Below are positions 12,530 through 24,810 of a stretch of DNA of 64,000 nt, one piece after another. The position numbers and the translations under genes were made by a program. The notes under the pieces were generated by a model, which was not told the DNA's origin, ran no database searches, and saw nothing but the letters and a program-made list of their open reading frames with translations. The stretch comes from Balamuthia mandrillaris (taxonomy: Eukaryota): assembly GCA_031835245.2 (NCBI GenBank), contig JAVKOQ020000019.1, forward strand, positions 62,001 through 126,000, written 5' to 3'. Numbering within the stretch: position 1 is the first letter of the stretch; the number at the start of each line of letters is the position of its first letter.

Positions 12530-13138
12530 ATGCCTGCCGCTGCGGCCGACAGGAAGCTGGGGCTGTCCCTCTTGGCCGTGTTCCTCGTGATCCTTCTGGT
12601 TTATACCTCCCAGTCGTCTGTGCCCACGGATGAGGTGGAGGAGGTGAAGCACAGGCTCGCTGTGTTGCAAGAAAAGGTTGCGTCGCTCAAAAGCTCACCT
12701 ACCTTTCTGTCCTCCTCTGCTCTCTCCGAAGTGGTATGTTCCTGCCCCCGTTCTTCTTCCTCTTCTTCTTTCTTCTTCCTTTTGTTTTTACTTTCTCGAA
12801 CGCAAAACAAAAAAACAGGGTTTACGCTGCTCCATCAGCAATTATCCGCTGTACTCTGATACCTCGTTTTATCAAAGAAACTATCTGGACAACGATGCCG
12901 TCACCGCCAACTTTCCGCGGCAGCTGGTGATGGTGCTTGGCGCGGAAGGCAACATCCCAGAGGGCATCGTGGAGGCCATCGCGAACGCGCTGGGCACACG
13001 AGCTCGAGTGCTTGCTGGCGACAGCCCGCTTGCGGCAGGTTTTGAGGCTTTGTGGGGCAGTGGTTCGTTTGGCGTTTTTCTTTCTTTCTTGTCGTTTCTT
13101 TTTCTTTCTTTCTTTCTTGCTTTCTTTCTTTCTTTCTT

Positions 13139-13175
<37 letters not shown>

Positions 13176-14150
13176 ATTTCCTTCTCTTTTGCTTTGCTTA
13201 TCTAATTGTTGAACCAAAGGCCCGCTCGATGTGTACAAGTCTGCTAAGCAACAACTACCACAACAAATCACCAAAGAGTTTATGACCTTTGGGACAACCC
13301 CCTCTCCGGTTTTATTCCACAACTTCTCGCTGGACTATCAATACGACTTGAGGCATTATCCTGACTTGTCGGATCAAGTGTTTCACTTGTTGGCGGAGGC
13401 GCAAACTCTGTTTAAGCCTATCATCTTCTATCGCACCCCAAAAGGTTCCTTTATGCTTCTATATTATTTTAACCATTCTGTTATTGACTCTCTTTTTGTT
13501 TCTGTTTATGTTCATTCACTTACATACATTAGAGGCTGCACCACGAGTTTATCAACGGAAGCAAGATATCACCTTAGCATTAAGGCAAATGGAACGCTCT
13601 TTGACGTTGCTCAATCAACAGCTACAAACGTTATCGCCTGATGACTACCTGGTGATTCACTATGATGCTGACGTACGTTCCTATTCTCCTTCTATATTTA
13701 TGTCTTGTCCTTTCTTTCAAATAGTTTTTGTATTTTCTTTCCTTCTATCTTGCCGTTCCGTTCTTGTTTTTTCTTGTCGATTCTTTGTTTCTTGTAGTTA
13801 TTGTGTGATGCTCATTGTTGTTCCAACAGCCAATCCAAGTTGCGAAGCAACTGACACAATTTCTGGACCTCACACTGACAGAGCACACCGCTCTTACCAC
13901 GGAGCTATACGCTCACAAGCTGCAACTTACCAACGCAGCCGCAAAGCCGTTCATCGGCGCAGATGCGGAGGGCGAGGGCATTCACGGAGCGGTCACAGCG
14001 AATGCCTTCAGTCTGGGCCACCTGGCTGCTGTGAACCAACACATGTCCGCACAAAGAGCTTGGCAGTGGAAGTTCCTGGAGGATGCCGCCACAGCCTCCA
14101 AATCCTCAGAAGGCAAAGAGGAGAAAGAACGGAAGAAGGGTTGGCGCTGA
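12530..14150 (+). CDS. Type II membrane protein with a divergent sulfotransferase-like (P-loop fold) luminal domain, multi-exon
   Basis: N-terminal TM plus coiled stem. Motifs LVMVLGAEG, KPIIFYRTPK, YLVIHYDA and PIQVAKQLTQFLDL resemble sulfotransferase strands and helices. Confidence 0.5.
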
Positions 14151-14397
14151 ACGAACGCCTCTCTCTCTCTCTCTCGGAGAGGAGCCGTTCTCTTGTGAAT
14201 AATATTTGTAGACACCACATCATCGTATGACGTGTCGCTTGATTTTGTCGACGTGGTCGATCAAAACGATCAGTACCCAAATTTTGATTTTTGATTGGCG
14301 TATTCGCTGCCACGTCAAAAAAAGTGACCAAAACGAAAAAAGAAAAAGAAGAAAAAGAAAGAAAAGACAAAAACCCCAACACACATACACACACACA

Positions 14398-15386
14398 ATG
14401 GCACAAATGATGAAGAGCTTGATGATCCTGCCCGCTATTTTTGTGATGCAAAAAATAGACTTTGAAGACCCCACCAACGTGTTCTACCTTCGGGCAGGCT
14501 TCATCGCCACCCAGGTCGCTCAGCTCTTGGTCGCTACTCTGCTCTACTTCCTCATCACCAGCCGGAAGCAACAGGACAAGGTCACTGTTCCTCCTGCTGC
14601 TCTACCCTGGGGCGCTCCCACTCCTGACACGTACGTTTTTCTTTCTCACTACTCATTTTGTCGCATTGGCACTGCTGACTCCCAATAAAATATTCATCAT
14701 TTTTGTTGTGCAAACACAACAACAGGCCCGCAGAACCGAAGGAAATGACGGTGGAACAATACGACCTGTCAGAGCTGCGCAAGTTTGTGCAACAGGTGCT
14801 GATCGTCTCCGCCATTTGCGGCTTCATCCACTACAAGTGGGCGCTCTGCCCCCCTCTCTTCATTCAGGCGGTGTTGGCCCCGATGGCCGTCTACAACCTG
14901 CCCCTGTTCCAGCTGTACCTCCTGGGAGCGGTTCCAGAGGGACCTCTCCAACGCCCATTTGCTCCTGAACCTAGTCCGTTTGCTGCGTACGTACAGCTCT
15001 TGCTTTCTTTTGTGCTTCTTGTTCTTGTTTCTCCTCTTTTCGTCTTTTGTTCTTCTTGTTTGTTGTTGTTGTTGTTCTTCTTCTTCTTCTTCTTCTTCTT
15101 CCTTTTTCTTCTTTCTTCCTTGTTCTTCTTCTACTTCTACTTCTTGTTCTTCTTTTTCTCCTTCTTCTCGTTCTCTTTCTTCTTCTCGATTCGTCATTCT
15201 TCATTCATTTTTCTGTTCTTCTTTCTGTTAACGTTTATTTTCTTCTTCAGTCTTTTCCAGCAACAACAAGAAGAACAGCCACAAGAACAACCCGCTTCCG
15301 CAACCGATGAGCAAGAAGAGACTTCTCCAGCTGCCCCATCGGACTCTGACAGCAAGAAGAAGAAGGAAACCAAAAAGAGCCAGTGA
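14398..15386 (+). CDS. PHO88: Pho88/SND3 family ER membrane protein (3 exons)
   Basis: KIDFEDPTNVFYLR, EMTVEQYDLSEL, FIHYKW..PPLFIQ, LYLLG...GPLQRPF; ends KKETKKSQ. Confidence 0.88.
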
Positions 15387-15759
15387 AAACATTTATCTTT
15401 TTCTTTTAGGGAGCTCACTCCTTGTTGTTGGTCCCATGATGCGGAAGCCTTTCCTATTATTTATTATGATGAAACAAAGCAGCCCGAGCTCAATACTTGC
15501 AAGATGTCTGCCTTGCACATTTCGTCCATTTTTTTCCACGAAGAAAAACCATTACATACATACATACAGGTCAACACTCACAGACCATTACACAACACGC
15601 ACCTTTGCACACAGCTTTGAAAGAGACAAGCAGAGCAGCAACACCGGAAGCAGTTCAAGAGGAGGAATGGAGCCAGGAAGGACATATCAGAACCACAGAG
15701 TGCCCAAGCCCTCCGATGGGGTCATGCACTCTACGGGAGAGTGATCGAAGCCAACAAGA

Positions 15760-15832
15760 GCCGGGCTAGCTCAGTCGGTAGAGCGCAAGACTCTTAATCT
15801 TGTGGTCGTGGGTTCGAGCCCCACGCCTGGCG
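15760..15832 (+). tRNA. tRNA-Lys (anticodon CTT)
   Basis: Cloverleaf: GCCGGGC acceptor, CAAGA-CT-CTT-AA-TCTTG anticodon arm, GGTTCGAGCC T-loop. Followed by an oligo-T Pol III terminator. Confidence 0.97.
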
Positions 15833-15870
15833 ATCCTTTTTTTGTTCGTTGTTTTTTTTATTCATTCGTT

Positions 15871-18258
15871 TCACGAAGAGAGAGAAAAGCCTTGGGGCAG
15901 CTTCTCCTCCTTTTGCAGCTTTCTGATGTGAAGCATAACGTTGGCGGCGGCAGGTTTCCACAGAGCTGGTGATATGTCTTTATACACAGCTGCAACCACG
16001 TCTTCCACGTTCCTTGCCCCGGCCTTCATCATCCGAAGTACACAAGCAGCCAACGGTTAAACGGAGAAAAAACGAAAAAGAAAGAGCGCATGAGAGAGAG
16101 AGAGAGAGAGAGAACTTCACGAGAGAAATTGAAAGAAAAAGTGACGAGAGAACGAGGAGTGTAAAAGTCAAACCTGAATGCTGGACACTATAGCATCTTC
16201 CCTGGCTTGGCGATGCCGCAAGTATTCCTTCAACAATGCGACGCATCGATAGGAAGGCGGCCCATGGGCCGGAACTGCCAGCCTCGGCGCCAGGGACATC
16301 AAAAACCGCGTCGTGGCGAGGTATTGAGCCATGTCGCCACCGCCCACTGCGTCCAGGCTGGCTGAGCCTTGCCCCACGATATGATCTCCGGCTATGAGAG
16401 TTCGTCCTTTGCTCTCCCACAGCACCAAGTGACCGTCCGTATGTCCTTCCGCTTGTAGAATGTCCAACACCAGCCCTTGTCCGTCCTCTTGAGAAGATGA
16501 GGGAGATAAAACAATTTGATCGTTGGAGGTGATGGAAACGAGTTTCCACTTTTGGGAGTTAGTGAATAAGTCGAGAGCTTGTGCTCCCTCTAGGGAGGGC
16601 AGCAGCCTTTCTAATCGTTGGAATGTCTTTGTGTGGGCATATACAGTAAATCGTTGGTTTGACGGAGAGGAAGAAGAGTCCAATTGTGACAAGGCTACTA
16701 AACCTTCCCAATGATCTTTGTGGTGGTGGGTAAGGAAGATGTGCAGCGTTCGCGGTGGTAAAGAAGAGGAAGTATTGAACACAAACTCGTCCAACAGCCG
16801 CAAAAAGTGAGGAGCGCCTGCAGAGAGCGAAGCTCCAGGATCAACTATCAGGCACTCGGTTTTTGTTAGAAACATCACCTGCCATTTGAAGCAGAACAGA
16901 TAAGTCCAAATTGTCCTTCGAGACTATATGAAGAATGAACAGAAAAGGAGAGAAAGGAAGAACAGAGGATGGCAAAGGAAGATACCAAGTTGGTGGAATC
17001 AAAAGGCGGGAGAGTGTTTGAAAGAATGGGGACAACGAGCATGTTGGGCGCGTACTCCAGCTCCATTTGCACGCCAACCAACATGCGCTCATTTACATCG
17101 TTCAGCAGATTGCTTCGCTCCAAACAATGCTTCACGAAGCCTCCAAAGTCATCTGCAAACAACAAGGTTTGTCAGAAGATACGAAGAAAGAGAACAAGAC
17201 AAAAAGAGAAGGAAGACATAAAAACAGCAAAAAGACAGAACAACGAGAAGACATGAAGAAGCAGAAGGAGAAGAAAAGAAGACCACAAAGGGATGAAAAA
17301 AGAAAGAACGAAGAGGAGACATGATGAAGCAGAAGAAGAAGAAGAAGAAGAAGAAGAAGAAGAAGAAGAAGAAGAAGAAGAAGAAGAAGAACAAGAAGAA
17401 GAAGAAGAAGAGAAGAAGAAGAAGAAGAAGAAGAAGAAGAAGAACAAGAAGAAGAAGAAGAAGAAGAAGGAGAAGAAGAAGAAGAACAAGAACAAGAAGA
17501 AGAACAAGAACAAGAACAAGAACAAGAACAAGAACAAGAACAACGAAGAGATGAAAAAGAAGAAAATGAAGAAATAAAGAATGAAGAAGAAAAAGAACCA
17601 CACGGAAGCGAAAACAGAGAAACGAGAAGGAACGAACCCGAGCTAGAGAATTGCTGCAACCAGCGAAGAAGCTGCAAACTCAACGGACAAAGCAACACCC
17701 GATGCTCCTCGAAGCGTTGAATAAGCTGCTCCACCTCAGTCCAACGCAGCGAAGAAGATGAAGAAGACGAAGCACTCGTTTGCAAATAGGAAGAAGGGAA
17801 CGGGCGAAGCATATAAAAAGTAGCTTTCGATGCATGTTGGTTCCTGGCCACATGCATGGGGCAAAGATTAGAACTGCTTTAAAGAAAAAGAGTGTTCAAA
17901 AAAAAAAAACAACAAACTTGAGAAATGGCGGGCGAAGGAAAGAGCCAAGAAGCAAAGTGCTTTCAGCCAGTTCCAATCGTTTGCTTTCCTCCAGATGGGA
18001 AAAGAGCGAGGCAAGCAGGGCACCGGGAGCAAGCCTGGTGGTGGCGGCAGCATCCTCATCCCCCTGCCTGGCCGCGGTTGTTTCTGCTCCCACAACCACA
18101 TCTGGCAGCTTTGCGAAGGGCAGGACACTAGCGTCGTTCTCCTCCTCTCCCTCTTCCACCCCACAACAACCGGGGTCCGCCCAGTCCATCAACACCTCCC
18201 CGTTCGGCGTTACGCACAACAAGCTGGCGCTGTCTCCTCCCATCTTTTGTTTCATCAT
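15871..18258 (-). CDS. Metallo-beta-lactamase fold hydrolase (LACTB2-like) with N-terminal extension and C-terminal winged helix, multi-exon
   Basis: TLPPFDSTNL, LIVDPG, HIFLTHHHKDHWEG, GHTDGH, IAGDHI, VPAHGP, YLRHRQARE, VYKDISPALWKPAAANVMLHIRKL. Confidence 0.85.
17325..17600. repeat. (GAA/CAAGAA)n intronic microsatellite
   Basis: Within a metallo-beta-lactamase intron. Confidence 0.9.
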
Positions 18259-18339
18259 TTTTAAGACGCAAAATCGTTTTCCGTGTCGTCGCGAGGCCAG
18301 AACCTCTTGCTGTCGCTCGTTCTTTGCTTCTCTGCTTCT

Positions 18340-18421
18340 CTCCTTCTCCTTCTCCTTCTCCTTCTCCTTCTCCTTCTCCTTCTCCTTCTCCTTCTCCTTC
18401 TCCTTCTCCTTCTCCTTCTCC
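18340..18421. repeat. (TTCTCC)n hexamer microsatellite
   Basis: Tandem ccttct units directly visible. Confidence 0.9.
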
Positions 18422-18451
18422 GGAGTGTTTACTCTCCTGTCCCCTCAGTCG

Positions 18452-18590
18452 TGTCCAACAAAGCAGCAGGGACTCGACCGATGGCCGGGAAGGTAACGCC
18501 CTGCTGTAACGCGAGGTTGTTCCACCACGCGTTGTTGGTCTGATGTTGGTCCGTGTCACACGACATATAACTTTCTTGGAAAAGTTTGCT
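18452..18590 (-). pseudogene. Displaced fragment of the PhyH-family gene at 53.3-54.8 kb
   Basis: 18452-18540 closely matches 54252-54341 (NNAWWNNLALQQGVTFPAIGRVPAALLDTTE vs NNAWWNNLALRQVVTSPAIGRVAAALLETTE). CTTTCTTGGAAAAGTTTGC at ~18571 matches the sequence upstream of PhyH at ~54817. Confidence 0.85.
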
Positions 18591-20021
18591 CATGGATAAT
18601 AAATTCACCAGCAAAAAAGTGGGTGTTAAAAAAATAAAAAAAAAAGCGAAAAGGAGACAACATGAGTGAAGAATCCGACCAGGAAAGACTGAAAGAGGTG
18701 GTTGTTGAAAACAGCGTAGCTACCACCTGGAGCGAGGCTAAAAGAGAGTGGACACTAGAGACCATCTTTGACGAGAAGAATAGATGCATTTGCGGCCATC
18801 GCATCATTGAAAACTGTGTCATACAAAACAAAGAAAATGGGAATCGGCTTACAGTTGGAAACGTTTGCATCAACCACTTTGGGGAAAAGGATCTAACAGT
18901 GAAGCCTAAGTGCCGCCAGGCCTTAAGAAAGCTTACGGAAGATCCTCTACACCGCAACACCACAAAACCACTCAGGGAAAAAATAATTCGTGGAAAAAAG
19001 GCCTAAAACAGGGCAAAATCCTGTTCTAGGCCTGTTTTTGCTAACAGGGCTAAAAAAGAAAGGGAGAAGAACAGTGTGTGCTGTTTTACGCCTTTTCCGA
19101 AGGGGGCAGAAAAGGAAAGCAAAAAAGGGGGTAAAAAAAAAGGGGCGAAAACAGGGCAGGCCTGTTTTCGCCCCTTTTTCCATGGCACTTTGGTAAGTGA
19201 GAATCATACCGAGTTTTGAAAGAAAAAAGAGGAACAGGGAGTTAAAAAGTGTTTTGTTTATTTGAAGAATCAGGCAGTTTTGTCAAGTGATGCATGACAA
19301 TAAAATGCACCACGAGCAAACACCTTATTCACCCCAGGGCCAGTAAGATGAGAGGGCCAGAAAAGAGAAGAGAACAATGAAGAGAATGATGAAGAGAAGA
19401 GAAGAGAACAACAAAGAGAACGAGCAAACACCTTATTCACCCCAGGGCCAGTAAGATGAGAGGGCCAGAAAAGAGAAGAGAATGACGAAGAGAATGATGA
19501 AGAGAATGACAAAGAGGAGAGAATGATGAAAAGAAGAGAATAGAATAGAATAAAGAGAAAAAGTGAATAAAAAAAGAAAAAGAACGATAGTAAGAGTACC
19601 TTGTAGGCATGCTTTGCTTTTGTCCAAGGCTATGAGCCTTGAAAAGAGGTGATGGTTGCTGCAACGCTCCCATGAATGCTGCCACCCTCAACGGACGGCT
19701 CAAGTCTGGAAGTGAAGGAGAAGAGAGAGACAGAATCCAGGAAAGAAGAAGTACAAGATATTAGTAAAGAAAGAGGAACAAGGGGGATGGAGAGAGAGAA
19801 CCATTGTAGTGTAGCAGAGGGCAAAGTTGGTTACAACAAAGAAAAAGGAATCGAAATAAAAACTTCTTCGAATATTTTCATGAAAATACTAAATTAATTG
19901 GTCTTTAATTTATTCCGCGTTAACAAGTTGCCCTTTTTTTTTTTCATTTTTTTTTTGTCTGAAGAGAAAAAAGGGGAAAGACTAAAACGCGGGAGAGGCA
20001 GCACAAGGAACTTGATTTTGT

Positions 20022-20648
20022 GTGGCGTGCTGGGTCTTCATCTTCAACGAGTTGATATGCGAAGAAGGTACCTGTAATGTTGGTCAATATTTTTTTATCT
20101 TCAATTCTAATCTATTCCTTGTCTCACGGCTCAACACGGCGCACTTCTGCCCGAAAGCAAAAAAGTCGATTATCATCTACCAACTACGCTCATGCCTTCT
20201 CCAAAGAAGACGCGGCCCCATTCTCTGTTCGGTTTGTAACGTTGTACTTCCTCAACAAAGAAGTCGACACTTTCGAAGCAAAACACATCAACATAACGTT
20301 CAACTGAAAAAACAAAAAGAAGCGCAGGACAAAGGAAAAGAAAAAGAGCAACAGAACATTGAGGAAGATCAACAAGACCAATCGCAGGCGATGCTCGGGG
20401 GTGGATCCATGGAGTTTTTTTGGTGTGATGGAGAACAATCTCAACAGCCCCTGCTCAATCCAACTTCCAGCGCTGATGGGACCACAGGCTATCCCTCTTT
20501 CTTTCAAGCATGCCGTCTGGTCTCTGTGGTGCCATCATATGATCACCCAAATCGGTACCTTTACAATTCTGATATCAGGCATGAGATATCTTTGTTACCA
20601 GCCGAGGAAGAGTGTATGTACTATTTGTTTTTGTTTCTTTTTCTTTAA
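20022..20648 (+). CDS. Element-borne ORF remnant with a C2H2 (U1/matrin-like) zinc finger
   Basis: CSVCNVVLPQQRSRHFRSKTHQHNV followed by a K/E/Q-rich stretch. True start and exon structure unclear. Confidence 0.4.
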   Translation: MACWVFIFNELICEEGTCNVGQYFFIFNSNLFLVSRLNTAHFCPKAKKSIIIYQLRSCLLQRRRGPILCSVCNVVLPQQRSRHFRSKTHQHNVQLKKQKEAQDKGKEKEQQNIEEDQQDQSQAMLGGGSMEFFWCDGEQSQQPLLNPTSSADGTTGYPSFFQACRLVSVVPSYDHPNRYLYNSDIRHEISLLPAEEECMYYLFLFLFL

Positions 20649-20784
20649 TTCATTCTTTCTTTCTTTCTTTCTTCGTAGCCATCATCATCGTCTTTGTTGT
20701 CATTGTTGTCATCTGTCATCATTATCTTTGGTTGTGGTCGTTGGTTAGGTTATTGGTTGGTTGCTGTTAGTTATTGTTGTAGTT

Positions 20785-21060
20785 CTAGTTCTTGTTCTTG
20801 TTCTTGTTCTTGTTCTTGTTCTTGTTCTTGTTCTTGTTCTTGTTCTTGTTCTTGTTCTTGTTCTTGTTGTATTCTTTGTTCTTGCTATTGTTCTTATTTC
20901 TTGTTCTTGTTCTTGTTCTTCTTCTTGTTCTTGTTCTTCTTATTTCTTCTTAACTACTTGTTCTTTGTTCTTGTTCTTGTTCTTGTTCTTGTTCTTGTTC
21001 TTGTTCTTCTTCTTGTTCTTGTTCTTGTTCTTGTTCTTCTTGTCCTTGTCCTTGTCCTTG
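20785..21060. repeat. (TTCTTG)n microsatellite inside the TIR element
   Basis: Visible hexamer tandem. Confidence 0.9.
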
Positions 21061-22297
21061 CTGTTTCTTTGATGCTTTTGTTTAACTTAAGTCTTCCACA
21101 TGCAGATGCCTCATAACAGGGGCTTTAAGCAATAATGTGTATGTACTCTCTCTCGCTCTCTCCCTCTTGCTTCTGCTGTTTTTCTCTGTTTTTTCTTCTC
21201 ACTTATTGAGGTTACATTTTCTTGGCAATAGGGATGGTGATGGAAGCAGCAATGGCGATGGCGATGGCGATGGCGATGGACGCAGTGGCAGTGGTGACAG
21301 CGACAGCGATGGTAACGACGGGCTGAAAACGACGGCAACGGCAACAGCAATCTGGGGAAGGATGGCATATTGGGTGACGTAAGGCCACGTAAGCTGCAGA
21401 AGCTCCCTGTAATGCACCTGTTTCAACAGACCCAAAAAAGATTGTGACCCTTTTTTAAGCCCTTTTTTCCTTGCAAAAACCGTGCCGATAGCCCCCCACC
21501 TACTTTTCCGCAACCCTTAGAAACAGGCACAGAACAGGCCAAAAAAAAGGCGTAAAAAAGGCACAGCCTTGCCTGTTTTAGCCCTGTTATTTTCTGCGAA
21601 TTATTTTTTCCTGTGGCTCACCAAACTTGCCAAGCGGTTGGGGATCCTCTCTAGGAACGAGGCAGACCACTACCTTGAAATTTGCTTTGGTGAACACTCG
21701 CGGGTGCGATTTCAAGAGAATCACAGCGACTTTTCGCAAGCTGCCTTCGATTTTAGAAAGAAAGCAAACTGTTTGATCGTGCTGGGGTTCCACAAGGATC
21801 GCCCAAAATGCGCCTGTGAAGAGTACATGAAGCCTCGCATGAATGGCCAAAATGGTACTTTCTTCTACGGCTGCAGGCACTACCCGAATGGATGTGGGCA
21901 AACAGTTTCTGCCACGAGTAATATATAAGGTTTTATATCCCTCCCTTTTGCCATTTATTTCTTCCCTAATTTCTTGCTTTTCAGTGTTGCCTTCTGGTGA
22001 AACGTGTCACCCACGATTTGTTTTTCCTTTTTTTTAACCCACCAATGGTGATTTTCTGGGAGGGACCGGTACATTTTTATCTCTTACACCAACTTTGAAA
22101 AAAAAACCACATTTATCAACCCCCTACTGCTGATTCTTCTTTTCTTCGTCGTTATCGTGGTGACGCGCCTCAGGGCAAGCAAGGGCTAGTCCAACGGGCT
22201 ACCAAAACAAAAAATAAATTCCGCTTCAGACGACATTCCACGTCTGACAGACTCTGGTCCTCAAAAGAAAAAAAAGTCAAAATGCAACAAAAAGAAA

Positions 22298-22369
22298 TTC
22301 CGCTGCCGGGAATCGAACCCGGGGCGGGTGGGTGAGAGCCACCAATGTTGCCAACTACACCACAGCGGA
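22298..22369 (-). tRNA. tRNA-Glu (anticodon CTC)
   Basis: Reverse complement reads TCCGCTGTGGTGTAGTTGGCAACATT-GGTGG-CT-CTC-AC-CCACC-CGCCCCGGGTTCGATTCCCGG-CAGCGGA-A, with T-rich sequence downstream. Confidence 0.95.
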
Positions 22370-22880
22370 TTTTATGGAGTTTGAGCTCTTTTTATGCAGT
22401 GGCAAGGACGTTCATGTGATTGTTTCTTCCTTTTTTTTGGGAATATTCTGTTAGCTTCTTCGTTTTTTTCCTTATCTTCTTCTGATTTTTCTCCTTTTTT
22501 CTGTTCTTTGGCTACCTTCTGTTCTTTGTTCTTGTTATGTTTTGCAGTTTCTTTGTGTAACTTTGCTTGTTTTATCTCTAGTTTTCTTGTTCATCCTATG
22601 GACTATTATTTATTATGTTTTTTTGTTGTTTACTTGTTATACTCCTCTTCTGTTCTGAGTAAAAGAAAAGTGCCACAGCAAAGGCAACTGAGGAAAAAGG
22701 TGCTGAAAACAGAAGTGTAAGGCAAAAATGGCAATAATGGTTGCATTCCTTTCACAATTGCTTCATTGGTTTTTGCAGCTATAATAATTTTATTTCCTCG
22801 AAAAAATATGAGATTTACACGTCAAATGCTGCACGATTGTTGCTCCTTTACAGCAGTTGGGTTGTGCGGAGAAAGAGGAG

Positions 22881-24692
<1,812 letters not shown>

Positions 24693-24810
24693 CCTTCCCA
24701 ATACAATTACGAACTGGAGTTTTTGCATCCCACTATTTTAGTTGGTGTTTTTTTTTTTTTTTTTTTGGTACTTTCTCTTCCTCTCTTCCAGCTGCTTTTC
24801 TCATCCACAG

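Larger units (their letters stand above)
18968..21616. mobile_element. Putative non-autonomous DNA transposon with imperfect terminal inverted repeats and subterminal repeat arrays
   Basis: Left end CCACTCAGGGAAAAAATAATTCGTGGAAAA. Right end reverse complement CCACAGGAAAAAATAATTCGCAGAAAA. AAACAGG/CCTGTTT modules cluster at both ends. No intact transposase seen. Confidence 0.75.
18662..21928 (+). pseudogene. Intronless ~205-aa zinc-binding protein gene split by a TIR element (parts 18662-18967 and 21617-21928)
   Basis: 5' half has EW...CICGH..I.NC.I.N..NG..L.VGNVC. 3' half has LTKLAKRLGIL...CAC...GTFFYGCRHYPNGC. The halves join in frame when 18968-21616 is removed. Confidence 0.75.

Noticed and set aside
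15387..15759. ORFs upstream of tRNA-Lys
   Set aside because: No motifs or clear start context; probably UTR or intergenic.
17132..17603. Poly-Phe/Ser/Lys ORFs
   Set aside because: Microsatellite intron of the metallo-beta-lactamase gene; only the exon part of 17132-17857 is coding.
18968..21616. Insertion as a spliceosomal intron of the zinc-binding gene
   Set aside because: No GT...AG at the junctions that restore the frame; the ends are inverted repeats instead.
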